Of a stretch of 64,000 nt of DNA, positions 47,652 to 61,460 are shown piece after piece. Source of the stretch: Eledone cirrhosa (taxonomy: Eukaryota). The DNA lies in the NCBI GenBank assembly GCA_964016885.1, contig OZ024741.1, positions 92,380,001 through 92,444,000 of the forward strand. Direction: 5' to 3'. The notes below the pieces were generated by a model. It was given only the letters and a program-made list of their open reading frames with translations. It had not been told where the DNA came from and searched no databases. The position numbers and the translations under genes were made by a program. Each line of letters opens with the position of its first letter. The stretch's first letter is position 1.

Positions 47652-48548
47652 TAGTAGTAGTAGTAAGGTGTTCGATGCTGCGACAATAGCCACCAGCGAT
47701 GTGTGTCAAATGGCTATTAAGATAAGTGTGTGTGTGTGTGTGTGTGTGTGTGCGTACATACACACAGCAGAGTCATTCGAAGGTCAAAAGATATTTTTCA
47801 GCTTTTGTCTTATACGGAGAAGTGCGTGTGTGTGTGTGTGTGTGTGTATAAGTCTCTTTGTATGTTGATGTACGCGTGTGTATGTGTTTGTGTATATATG
47901 TGTGTGTGTGTGTGTGTGCGTGTGTGGGTGGACCAGTATTTTTTTCCCCCTGGTAAAATGGTGTACATTATTCGATTTTTTCAGTAAAATCGGTTCTCTT
48001 AATAGAACATCAACAATCTTAACAATAAAAGGTGTGAAATGATATTCACTATATATATATACACACACACACACACATATATATTTTCACTACATATATA
48101 TATATATATATACATATATACATACATATATATGCACATATATTTTTTTGTATTGCACCATAGAGCATGTGTGTTTACGTGTGTCATTGTGTTTATATGT
48201 GGGTAGAGATGTGTGCTGATGTAGGTATGTATGTTGACGTGTGTATGTTGTGGGTTCGTCTAAGGGAGAAGTGTTTAGACGGGGTCCGTATTTGTTAATG
48301 AAGTAAGATTCCTTGCTGATGCATAAAAACAGGTAGAATTCCCAAAACTAATCAGATCAGAGCAAACAGCACGGACACTCTATCTCAAAATTATTTTTGA
48401 AAAGCATTTAGAAATGCGCAACCGGTAAAAACTTAAAAACTTAAAACCACAACTGAATACTAACCCATACAATCACTAATACTCTTTTATTCCTAATTAA
48501 ACCATTTTTCAACTGTGAACAATTTGTCAGCATTTTCTATTCCGTTTA

Positions 48549-48553
<5 letters not shown>
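47079..48553 (-). mobile_element. Non-autonomous PLE-like element with ~230-bp inverted arms (47114-47347 vs 48324-48553), each with a variant HHR (47241-47277 -, 48394-48430 +)
   Basis: TTT-TTGAAAA-GCATT-taga-AATGC-GCAAC-CG-GTA-AAA; interior homologous to 22640-23710. Confidence 0.75.
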
Positions 48554-48609
<56 letters not shown>

Positions 48610-48615
<6 letters not shown>

Positions 48616-48952
48616 ATACTTTGGGAGGGTCATGTTGCCAATAAGAAACACACGCACCAGTTGCTTTCACTTCAATTTATTACTGAAGAGGTCACAGAGT
48701 GTGTGACGAAAGGACTATGACTATATATATAAACAACTATCTGGTTGTGGAACCAACCAACCAACCAGAAATTTATAAGTTTGTAGATTTGTGAATTTGT
48801 AAATTTATAAATTTATAAATATATAATAAATTGAAGTGAATGCAACTGGTGCGTGTGTTTCTTATTGGCAACATGACCCTCCCAAAGTATAACAATATCG
48901 GTTTCAACACACGATTTCAGATAAAGAATCTTGCTAAAAAAATTCAGAAACG

Positions 48953-48956
<4 letters not shown>
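48610..48956 (+). mobile_element. Short derivative of the 5.4-10.9 kb PLE: inverted arm (48610-48682) joined directly to the HHR core (48683-48722), then pLTR and tail
   Basis: Near identity to 10666-10863 and 5432-5570. Confidence 0.88.
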
Positions 48957-49023
<67 letters not shown>

Positions 49024-49358
49024 TATATATATATCAGTATATATATGATTCATGTATATATACTTGCCTCTGTGTGATTGTATATTAGTATGTATAAATA
49101 CGTATGTATATGTGTGTGTATGTGTGCATGGGCAAGTATATGTTGTTTTATGTTATATACGTATAAGTGTATTTGCGCATGTACATGTGAGCATACATGT
49201 ATTTGTGTATGTATATGTGTATATATGTATACATATATATCTATCTATATATATATATGTATGTGTGTGAGTGAGCGTATGCGTGTATATATGCTGTGTA
49301 GAAGATTATTATGTATGTGTTTACTTTTTGTATGTATTTGTGTAGGTGTGTGCATGTG

Positions 49359-49393
<35 letters not shown>

Positions 49394-49675
49394 CTGTATA
49401 TGTGTATACATATAGTGTATATATGTGTTTATGTAAATTTTCACCCCTTAATTTTTTTCTTTATTTTTTGTATTTATTCTATCTCATTACTTTTTCATAG
49501 CTAATTTTATTATTATTTTTATTATATTTTATGACTTATTTCCCATTCTTTCTGTCCCTCCAAATTATATCTTTTCTACCTCTCTTCTTAGTCCAGTTGC
49601 CTTTTATTCACAGCAGATAGCAGTAGAAATATCTTCACTGCAAGATGCAACAAACTTACCTCGTACTTTTTGAAA

Positions 49676-49789
49676 TCTTTCTGAAGAAATGCAATATTTA
49701 ATGTATTGCTAATGAATGGGCATAATAATAATATTATTATGCAACCAGCATTATGTAGACTTATATTGTATTGAAACATATGTTAAAGA
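49676..49789 (+). ncRNA. Hammerhead ribozyme with ~85-nt branched helix II
   Basis: TCTTT-CTGAAGA-AATGCAATAT...ATATTGTATT-GAAAC-ATAT-GTT-AAAGA. Confidence 0.82.
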
Positions 49790-49993
49790 ACCAACTTTTG
49801 ATAAAATTCTTCATTTTTCTATACTTCACGCCTAGTATTTGTTTTTCCTATACATTAATATATATATATATATATATAACCAAAAGTTTATATGGTTCGT
49901 TGATTATTCAAGGAATTCAATTTTACAATAGATTAGAAGCACTTGGATTGAAGATTCAAGACCTTAGGGGTATGTCGTATAACCAATCTCTGA

Positions 49994-50060
49994 TATATTT
50001 TATCTGATGAAAACGTACTGAAACACCATTGTACTTTTGAAATATGTATAATAAAATATA
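49994..50060 (+). ncRNA. Hammerhead ribozyme, 10-bp helix I (same family as 46019)
   Basis: TATATTTTAT-CTGATGA-AAAcGTAC...GTACtTTT-GAAA-TATGTA-TA-ATAAAATATA. Confidence 0.85.
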
Positions 50061-50125
50061 TACTTTGGTTATGATAATATTTCTCATTTATTAATATTTT
50101 GAATAATATATATATAAATATATAT

Positions 50126-50382
50126 AGGCCAGCAATTATCCCAGTGTATTACTGGTACTTTATTTTATCGACCCTGTAAGGATGAAAGGCAAAGTTAACC
50201 TCGGCGGGATTTGAACTCAGATCATAAAGGGAGGTAACTCTATGCTTCAAAGCATGGCGTCCGACCCTCTACCGATTCCGCCAATCCACTAATAATAATA
50301 ATAATTGTTTCTACTTTTGGCACAAGGCCAGCAAATATCCAGTACATTACTGGTACTTTATTTTATCGACCCCGTAAGGATA
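50126..50382 (-). mobile_element. Two Meta-type SINE copies (50126-50290, 50303-50382)
   Basis: Reverse complement of SINE core. Confidence 0.82.
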
Positions 50383-50433
50383 ATAATAATAATAATAATA
50401 ATTGTTTTATTTTTCTGCTATTATTGCTTGCAG

Positions 50434-50554
50434 TCGTTTGTTATGGGGTCATCTGTACAAAATACCATCAGTCACAACCCAAATTCTCTGCAGGCAAGTT
50501 TAGCATCAGGAATTGGTTTAATGGCTGGTATTTATATATCAGGAGGAGTTTCAG
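50434..50554 (+). CDS. AQP: Aquaglyceroporin-type aquaporin, second coding exon
   Basis: Pyrimidine-rich tract + TTGCAG acceptor; SFVMGSSVQNTISHNPNSLQASLASGIGLMAGIYISGGVSG; GTAATT donor, phase 1, just before the expected HxNPA; phase matches exon 1. Confidence 0.88.
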
Positions 50555-50584
50555 GTAATTTTTTTTATTATTTTCACCTAAATT

Positions 50585-50734
50585 AGATGCAGGAATGACT
50601 GTGTTTTAGGTTCTCACTTCGTACCCAAGGGATTTCGGGTCCACTCCAACTGCATGGTACCTTGAACAAGTGTCTTCTGCTAAGCCTTTCGAATGAAATT
50701 TGGTAGACATGCAAACAGTATGTAGAAAACCGTT

Positions 50735-50736
<2 letters not shown>
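50585..50736 (+). mobile_element. Degenerate SINE of a second tRNA-derived family ending in (CA)n
   Basis: ACCTTGAACAAGTGTCTTCT...ATTTGGTAGAC motif pattern. Confidence 0.5.
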
Positions 50737-50830
<94 letters not shown>

Positions 50831-51018
50831 GGTTTGTTGGTTCACCACTGGATAGAACTGGTCATTCCGTATGGTCAATCTCGATGTAATATTATGGATA
50901 GCACTCAACGTAATGCAACTCACCCGTCTTTGTTTGTGTAGTTGGTGGTGCGAGTACGGAGTTAATTATTATAAAATAACAGGAGGATGGACTGGTGTAA
51001 ATCCTTGAAAGGTTTATT

Positions 51019-51076
51019 ATACTATGATCATTTCAATGACCGGGTTCAGTATGAATCCGGTGACATCATCAGGTAT
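51019..51076 (-). ncRNA. Hammerhead ribozyme, unit 1
   Basis: Minus: ATAC-CTGATGA-tgtcACCGGaTTCAtacTGAAcCCGGTcatt-GAAA-TGATCA-TA-GTAT. Confidence 0.88.
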
Positions 51077-53095
51077 TCAAAATATAACAAAGGAATATAA
51101 CAGATAAAATCCATGGGACTGAAAATCAGAGACAAGAGGACGACCGACTATTTAGCAGCTTCTACCTCAGTCGGCCGCCCTCGAGTGTTGATTATTAAGT
51201 CTACTTATGACCATCTGGTGAGGGGGCGTAAGCTTATAATGTGCTACTACCTCCCCATCGTAGAGAAATGTCAGCGTTGAGGTCATGCCACAATCAGGCT
51301 GATTATGCGTGCTAGAAATTGACGCGAAAAATGTTTTTCCAAAGAACATATATCTTTAACAAAGGCATATATAGTGGGCGTCTGTATGGTATAATGTGTG
51401 AACAGAAATTTTGGTTAGCAATTAGAAACGTTAAACTTATGTTTAGAGTTTTAGAATGAAATTAGAAAAATAAGGTTTAAGGTTTGGGTTGTGGGATTTA
51501 GTTAAAGAATTTACAGAAGGAGGCTTTTATGAAAAAGTTTAAATGTATTATAGATAGTCTCGATAAGTTTTCAGGGTAGGATATCGAGTAAAGATTAAGC
51601 CCTTGTTTAGCAGTCAATAACCACGACGACTGCAGACCCCGGACAGCCCTCCCTAACCACGTTGCCAGGCGTTCCGAGTAATATCGTCTAGCGAAAGAAA
51701 TGGAAATTAATTTTTCCGAGCACTCCAGGAATGTAACTGTCTTAGGCGTCTGGTGTGTTGGCGGGAAGTCCGCCATCGCCGTCAGGCCATCGTATATACC
51801 AAACGAATACTATTAATTCACACAGGAGGGGATTTAGTTACGTGCCAGTAGAGCATGATAGAGCTAATAATTATGATTAAGCCTAGAATCTAAAGGTACT
51901 ATTTGGCGGTCAAAGCCGGCGGCGCGGCGGGTTCCAAGTCCGACTGGGCCCCGGGGCGAAATTACTGCTGTTCCGAGTAATTTCGTTTACCGAAAGAAGG
52001 GGAAATTTATTTTTCCAAGCACTCTAGGAAGGCTTATCCACCCGAGCGCCTGGCCTGCAGTCGGGAAAGCCGCCACATCGGATCATCACGTGTACCAAAC
52101 GATTATTAGTTATTCACACCCGTGATGTGAGGTTGAAGGTGGTAAAATCTGATGAAATGTGCAAATAGACTATATTTAGTCCCCAGTTAGTCCGGGTTAT
52201 ATGTGGTGTGGTTCTTGGGTGGGTAGGGGGAGTGAATAAAGATAAACATATATAAGGGTACAGAGAGTAATATTCTAGGGTCGTGTGCTAATGAGTACAA
52301 TGATAAGTATATAATGAGAGTAAAGCGAGTAAATAAATACCTAAATAGAAGGAATAATAAGCAAAATACATAAATAAAAAGCAAAATACAAAAATAAAAA
52401 TACATAAATAAAACACAGTCATAACTAGGGTGGTGATGGAGTAAAACTGAAGTATATAAGAACATATCGGAGAAATCAAAACACAGGAGAAATACAATAT
52501 AGATCAAGGTGCAGTTTGATAATACAAGATTATACATATAGATATAGAGGATGGAAGAGACGGAATGTTATCAGGTGATACCTAGTGTATGTTCGAGTCT
52601 CAGAATTCAATGTGAATCACAAAGGCCCTGAAGTATAGGATAGAGAATTCAATCAATACAATACAAGTTATAGTATAATACGTAGAATTTTTTTGAGGAA
52701 TCTATGAGGTCTGTCGGAGTCTGAATATTCCCGACAGGGAAGCAGCAGTGGACCAGGTGGGCGGTAGACAAAGCTCAGAGCAGCCAAAATCCGAATGGTG
52801 TGTAGATTAGTTAGTCCCATGCTGGCGATAGCTGTACACTGGAGTCAGTGCCGCTGTTCATTATTATATCTTAAAGCGCTCGACATTTCTGGAGCATTAT
52901 TTGTTTAGGTTTGTTGGTTCACCACTGGATAGAACTGGTCATTCCCTATGGTCAACCTCGATGTAATATTATGGATAGCACTCAACGTAATGCAACTCAC
53001 CCGTCTTTGTTTGTGTAGTTGGTGGTGCGAGTACGGAGTTAATTATTATAAAATAACAGGAGGATGGACTGGTGTAAATCCTTGAAAGGTTTATT

Positions 53096-53153
53096 ATACT
53101 ATGATCATTTCAATGACCGGGTTCAGTATGAATCCGGTGACATCATCAGGTAT
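53096..53153 (-). ncRNA. Hammerhead ribozyme, unit 2
   Basis: Identical to unit 1. Confidence 0.88.
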
Positions 53154-55243
53154 TCAAAATATAACAAAGGAATATAACAGATAAAATCCATGGGACTGAA
53201 AATCAGAGACAAGAGGACGACCGACTATTTAGCAGCTTCTACCTCAGTCGGCCGCCCTCGAGTGTTGATTATTAAGTCTACTTATGACCATCTGGTGAGG
53301 GGGCGTAAGCTTATAATGTGCTACTACCTCCCCATCGTAGAGAAATGTCAGCGTTGAGGTCATGCCACAATCAGGCTGATTATGCGTGCTAGAAATTGAC
53401 GCGAAAAATGTTTTTCCAAAGAACATATATCTTTAACAAAGGCATATATAGTGGGCGTCTGTATGGTATAATGTGTGAACAGAAATTTTGGTTAGCAATT
53501 AGAAACGTTAAACTTATGTTTAGAGTTTTAGAATGAAATTAGAAAAATAAGGTTTAAGGTTTGGGTTGTGGGATTTAGTTAAAGAATTTACAGAAGGAGG
53601 CTTTTATGAAAAAGTTTAAATGTATTATAGATAGTCTCGATAAGTTTTCAGGGTAGGATATCGAGTAAAGATTAAGCCCTTGTTTAGCAGTCAATAACCA
53701 CGACGACTGCAGACCCCGGACAGCCCTCCCTAACCACGTTGCCAGGCGTTCCGAGTAATATCGTCTAGCGAAAGAAATGGAAATTAATTTTTCCGAGCAC
53801 TCCAGGAATGTAACTGTCTTAGGCGTCTGGTGTGTTGGCGGGAAGTCCGCCATCGCCGTCAGGCCATCGTATATACCAAACGAATACTATTAATTCACAC
53901 AGGAGGGGATTTAGTTACGTGCCAGTAGAGCATGATAGAGCTAATAATTATGATTAAGCCTAGAATCTAAAGGTACTATTTGGCGGTCAAAGCCGGCGGC
54001 GCGGCGGGTTCCAAGTCCGACTGGGCCCCGGGGCGAAATTACTGCTGTTCCGAGTAATTTCGTTTACCGAAAGAAGGGGAAATTTATTTTTCCAAGCACT
54101 CTAGGAAGGCTTATCCACCCGAGCGCCTGGCCTGCAGTCGGGAAAGCCGCCACATCGGATCATCACGTGTACCAAACGATTATTAGTTATTCACACCCGT
54201 GATGTGAGGTTGAAGGTGGTAAAATCTGATGAAATGTGCAAATAGACTATATTTAGTCCCCAGTTAGTCCGGGTTATATGTGGTGTGGTTCTTGGGTGGG
54301 TAGGGGGAGTGAATAAAGATAAACATATATAAGGGTACAGAGAGTAATATTCTAGGGTCGTGTGCTAATGAGTACAATGATAAGTATATAATGAGAGTAA
54401 AGCGAGTAAATAAATACCTAAATAGAAGGAATAATAAGCAAAATACATAAATAAAAAGCAAAATACAAAAATAAAAATACATAAATAAAACACAGTCATA
54501 ACTAGGGTGGTGATGGAGTAAAACTGAAGTATATAAGAACATATCGGAGAAATCAAAACACAGGAGAAATACAATATAGATCAAGGTGCAGTTTGATAAT
54601 ACAAGATTATACATATAGATATAGAGGATGGAAGAGACGGAATGTTATCAGGTGATACCTAGTGTATGTTCGAGTCTCAGAATTCAATGTGAATCACAAA
54701 GGCCCTGAAGTATAGGATAGAGAATTCAATCAATACAATACAAGTTATAGTATAATACGTAGAATTTTTTTGAGGAATCTATGAGGTCTGTCGGAGTCTG
54801 AATATTCCCGACAGGGAAGCAGCAGTGGACCAGGTGGGCGGTAGACAAAGCTCAGAGCAGCCAAAATCCGAATGGTGTGTAGATTAGTTAGTCCCATGCT
54901 GGCGATAGCTGTACACTGGAGTCAGTGCCGCTGTTCATTATTATATCTTAAAGCGCTCGACATTTCTGGAGCATTATTTGTTTAGGTTTGTTGGTTCACC
55001 ACTGGATAGAACTGGTCATTCCCTATGGTCAACCTCGATGTAATATTATGGAGAGCACTCAACGTAATGCAACTCATCCGTCTTCGTTTGTGTAGTTGGT
55101 GGTGCGAGTACGGAGTTAATTATTATAAAATAACAGGAGGCTGGACTCGTGTAAATCCTTGAAAGGTTTATTATACTATGATCATTGTCTCTGATTTTCA
55201 GCCTCATGGATTTTATCTGTTATATTCCTTTGTTATATTTTGA

Positions 55244-55301
55244 ATACCTGATGATGTCACCGGATTCATACTGAACCCGGTCATTGAAATGATCATAGTA
55301 T
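55244..55301 (+). ncRNA. Hammerhead ribozyme, inverted arm
   Basis: Same motif on + strand. Confidence 0.88.
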
Positions 55302-55377
55302 AATAAACCTTTCAAGGATTTACACCAGTCTAGCCTCCTGTTATTTTATTATATATATATATATATATATATATACA

Positions 55378-55682
55378 TGTGATTTACACCTAGAAAGTTG
55401 CTCTCCGAGGCAGGCAGAATTTCGGGAAAGGTTGTTTGTCGAAGACCAGCAGTTGCCCATGCATACCAGTCTCCCTCTCCACGTCACCGATGGTGTCCAA
55501 GGGAAAGTCAAAGGCCGATACAGCTTACCACCAGTATCGTAACAACTCATTTATACAGCTAAGTGAACAGGAGCAATGTGAATTAAAGTGCCTTACTCAA
55601 GAACACAACGCAAATCCGGGAATTGTACTCACTACTTCACAATTGTAAGCCCGACGCTCTAACCATTAAGCCACTAAGCCAT
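55378..55682 (-). mobile_element. tRNA-derived SINE (third family); related decayed copy at ~63055-63490 (+)
   Basis: Minus: GGCTTAGTGG...GGTTAGAGCGTCGGGCT (A-box-like), GCGTTGTGTTCTTGAGTAAGGCACTT. Confidence 0.7.
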
Positions 55683-55687
55683 ATGTG

Positions 55688-55732
<45 letters not shown>

Positions 55733-55794
55733 TAATATGTATTAATGATGATGATTTCTAAAGAATGAAACAGTTCTAGTCGTGTAGAATCTCA

Positions 55795-55841
<47 letters not shown>

Positions 55842-56092
55842 TAGAGTCCCTGATGACGTAAGGATTTCTCTATGGTTGCGTTGCGTAACTATATTTATTC
55901 CCTTACAGAAAGTAATTAGTTGGAGTGAAAATTTTAGTAAGTAAGTTAATTTTAATAATTTTCTTATTTTACGTCTTTCATATAATTGTTCTGCATCCCC
56001 TTGCATAGAACCGCAAAGTTACTAAGACATAACATATATATTTGCCAGCATAGGTATACATCTGTATACATATGTTGGTAGATATACTAATT

Positions 56093-56180
<88 letters not shown>

Positions 56181-56187
56181 GTATATA

Positions 56188-56230
<43 letters not shown>

Positions 56231-56243
56231 GTATATATATATG

Positions 56244-56536
<293 letters not shown>

Positions 56537-56562
56537 TATATATATATATATGTATATATATG

Positions 56563-57116
56563 TAGATAAATCTACCAAGAGTTTACGGTAGTGTCCAATC
56601 CGTATGAAGAACTCAATGTAGTCCGGATATCATGGAAAGAAGAGATGCAATGAAAAATCACTTTCGGTGAAAGATAAACGGAATACAGAGTCAAGATAAA
56701 ATATTAAAAAAATAATGAATAAAACAATGAAACAGTTCCTTATATTAAACAAAAAAAGTTCATTATTTAACGATCGTTTCTAGGATATATATGTGTTAGA
56801 ATTGGCATGCATATTCAACAGATCTATGTACAAAATTATACAAAATTATACAAACTATCAAAATTAAATATACATACCAAACACATATATATGCCGTCTT
56901 CAGAAATAATTTCTGAAGACGGCATATATATGTGTTTGGTATGTATATTTAATTTTGATAGTTTGTATAATTTTGTATAATTTTGTACATAGATCTGTTG
57001 AATATGCATGCCAATTCTAACACATATATATCCTAGAAACGATCATTAAATAATGAACTTTTTTTGTTTAATATAAGGAACTGTTTCATTGTTTTATTCA
57101 TTATTTTTTTAATATT

Positions 57117-57120
<4 letters not shown>
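56563..57120. mobile_element. 425-bp palindrome (56696-57120, centre 56908) plus one-sided tail; each arm holds an HHR with ~117-nt helix II insert
   Basis: ATTT-CTGAAGA-cggcATATATATGTGTT...AACACATATATATccta-GAAAC-GATC-GTT-AAAT (left arm intact; right arm has one G>A). Confidence 0.83.
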
Positions 57121-58301
<1,181 letters not shown>

Positions 58302-58639
58302 CGTAAAATAAGAAAATTATAAAATTAACTTACTTACTAAAATTTCACTCCCAACTAATTACTTTCTGAAAGGGAATAAATATACTTTCCGAAGAAAATA
58401 TAGAGAAGCCTTTCGTCATCAGGGAAGTCTATTCTCAGCTAAGTTTCCAGGCAAAGCGTGGACTCTGGGAACTTATACAAAAATAATTCAGTGGATAGAA
58501 AATAGCAAAGCGTGGACTGAATTCCTAGCCATTGAGAAAATCACTGCCTACTGCGTCGGTGGCAAATTCAAAAAGAATCAATCACGTGACATCGAGGTCA
58601 ATCAGTGGAAAGTGGTTTGTTAAGAAGACAGCAGCCTGC

Positions 58640-58681
<42 letters not shown>

Positions 58682-58692
58682 TAATGAATGAT

Positions 58693-60095
58693 AGGAGGCT
58701 GGACTTGTGTAAATCCTTGAGAGGGTTATTATACTATGATCATTTCAATGACCGGGTTCCGTATGAATCTGGTGTTATCATCAGTTATTCGAAATATAAT
58801 AAATGAATGTAATAGATAAAATCCATGGGGCTGAAAATCAAAGACCGGAGGACGACCGCCATCTAGCATCTTCCACTTTTGCCGGTCGCCCTCAAGTGAG
58901 GGGGCTAAAGCTTATAGTGTGCTACTACCGGTCAAAGGGAGAGGAAGATAAGTAAGCGTTAATATCATACCACAAGAAAAAAGACAGAAAGAAGGGGGAA
59001 GAGAAGGAAGAAAAGGAAGAAGAAGAAAAGTCAGGGTTAATGTCGAGCTACAAAAAGAAAGACAGAAAGAAAGAGGAAGAAAGGTCGGTACTAATGTCAA
59101 ACTACAGTCAGGCCAGGAATGGCGCGAAAAAGATTTATTCTAAGGGACCCGTATCTTAACAGCTACTACCGGTCAAATAGAGGAAAACAAAACTTTGACT
59201 GCTAAACAAAGACATAATCTTTACTCTATAATACAATTTAAGTTTCTTCATAAAAGACTCTTTCTTTGCTTAAACCTCGCAACCTTAAAAATGTTAAACT
59301 GTTTAACTTTCAATTTTCTAATTTCTTTAATTTTATAATGTTAATATTAAATATTAATTTTTTAACTTCATCCTATAAATCTAAACAAAAATGTAACGTT
59401 CCAATCTTCTGCTCACACATTATAACATGCAGACCCCCAATATATTTACCTCTGTTAAGATACGTGTCCCTTAGAATAATTTTTTTTCGCGCCATTCCTG
59501 GCCTCACTGTAGTTTGACATTAGTACCGACCTTTCTTCCTCTTTCTTTCTGTCTTTCTTCTTGTAGCTCGACATTAACCCTGTCTTTTCTTCTTCTTCCT
59601 TTTCTTCCTTCTCTTCCCCCTTCTTTCTGTCTTTTTTCTTGTGGTATGATATTAACGCTGACTTATCTTCCTCTCCCTTTCTGTTCTCCTCTATTTGACC
59701 GGTAGTAGCACACTATAAGCTTTATCCCCCTCACTTGAGGGCGACCGGCAAAAGTGGAAGATGCTAGATGGCGGTCGTCCTCCGGTCTTTGATTTTCAGC
59801 CCCATGGATTTTATCTATTACATTCATTTATTATATTTCGAATACCTGATGATATCACCGGATTCATATGGAACCCGGTCATTGAAGTGATCATAGTATA
59901 ATAAACCTTTGAAGGATTTACACAAGTCCAGCCTCCTGTCATTTCATTATAATATTTAACTCCGTAATAGCACCACCAACTACAAAAACGAAGACGGTTG
60001 AACTGCTTTACGTTGAGTACTCTCCATATTATTACATTAAGATTGACCATACGGAATTGACCATCTCTATCCAGTGGTGAACCTCAAACCTGAAT
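58693..60095 (+). mobile_element. Relative of the 2077-bp element with ~470-bp inverted arms (58693-59162 vs 59450-59938) and 3' tail; HHRs at 58731-58788 (-) and 59842-59899 (+, GAAA>GAAG)
   Basis: 59700-60092 homologous to the reverse complement of 50827-51250. Confidence 0.85.
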
Positions 60096-60305
60096 AATTT
60101 ATATATATGTGATGAGCTAGACGTATGTTAATATTGTCGAGGGTCTTGAAACCTTTGGTAATGGAGTAGTTATATATTGTGTTGTTCACTTTGTAAATAT
60201 ATATATAGAAGTAGTAACACGACAGTTAGTTCACCATACCGAGAACAAATGTTTCACCTTATGCGGATCTGAGAAGAAGATCCGCATGTATGCGTGTGTG
60301 TGTGC

Positions 60306-60339
<34 letters not shown>

Positions 60340-60431
60340 GCGCGCGCGCGCTGGTCACTTTTTCCGGTGGTATTTTATCAGATTTTCAAAGCTATTATTT
60401 ATTGTAATCAACTGTGTTTACAATTATTTTT

Positions 60432-61133
60432 TAGCAAAATTGACATGGCCCGCAGAATGTGTTCCTGGATTCTCAGAACCTTCCAGTCAAGAGATATCCA
60501 CACTGTTATCCTTCTCTGCTCCACTTTTGCCCGAACTCACCTTCAATACTGTTGTCCACTGTGGTCTCCCCACACGAAACAAAGTATCATGAAAGTTGAA
60601 GCACCCCAAATATCAATTACAAAAAAGATAGATGGCATGACAGGCCTTGACTATTGGAGTCGATTAGAAAAGCTCAACCGTTATTCTCTCCAACGTCGCC
60701 GTGAACGCTATATTATCTGCATGATGTGGAAAATATTCCATCAACTTTGCCCTAATGATGTTGGCATCACCTTTAGTGTACACCCAAGGCTTGGGCCCCG
60801 TGCTTTCTGCCCACGACAAAAATCTCACTCGCATCTCATAACAACAATACGGCACAATTATTTCACCTCAATTGGCCCTGCTCTCTTTAACATTACACCA
60901 AAACACATTAAAACAGAAACAGAGCCCATCAAGTTCAAGTAGTCTTTAGACAGATTCCTTCAAGAAATCCCGGATAAACCTCCTACACCCGGATATGCCT
61001 CCGTAAACAATAACTCTCTTCTCGAGTGGGCCATAGTGCCCAAATCCTGATTATGAAAGACTTCGCCAGGTGGTGCTATTAAGTTAGACATGGCCTGGGC
61101 CAATACTGTCGAAACCTATCAAAGCTATCAAAG

Positions 61134-61136
<3 letters not shown>
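60432..61136 (+). mobile_element. 3' fragment of the CR1-group LINE seen at 20324-21669
   Basis: [20 protein letters not shown]...SLQRRRERY; same 3' UTR; ends TATCAAAG x2 + (TA)n. Confidence 0.92.
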
Positions 61137-61185
<49 letters not shown>

Positions 61186-61302
61186 GTGTATGTGCAATAT
61201 TTGTGGCGGTAACTTAGCGATCTGAGAAAAGGAAATTGATCAAATATATATTGGAGTTGATATGATAATCACTGAAACCAGTAAAATAATATATTAACAA
61301 AC

Positions 61303-61460
61303 TAATGAGCTGTTTTAATGAGTTTCATTAACAAATTATCTTGATGAGATGACCTAATGAAGTGTATTAATTAACTGCCCCGATGAACAGTTTTAACTAA
61401 TTGTTTTAATGAATTGTCTTAACGAATTGTTCTAATGAGCTGTCTTAATGAGCTATTTTA
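61303..61460. repeat. Degenerate ~13-bp minisatellite (TAATGARYTGTYT-like)
   Basis: About 12 imperfect copies. Confidence 0.65.

Larger units (their letters stand above)
50827..55350 (-). mobile_element. Non-coding HHR-bearing element: 2.1 tandem copies of a 2077-bp unit (starts 50827, 52904, 54981) capped by an inverted arm (55187-55350)
   Basis: Near-identical units; HHR in each unit and in the inverted arm; no credible ORF; (TA)n flanks. Confidence 0.92.

Noticed and set aside
50305-50586. 93-aa ORF as listed in the track
   Set aside because: 5' part is antisense SINE and (ATA)n; only 50434-50554 is a real exon
51167-54614. Duplicated 60-116-aa ORFs in the 2077-bp unit
   Set aside because: No recognisable domains; composition reflects U-rich UTR-like sequence; duplication is due to the tandem
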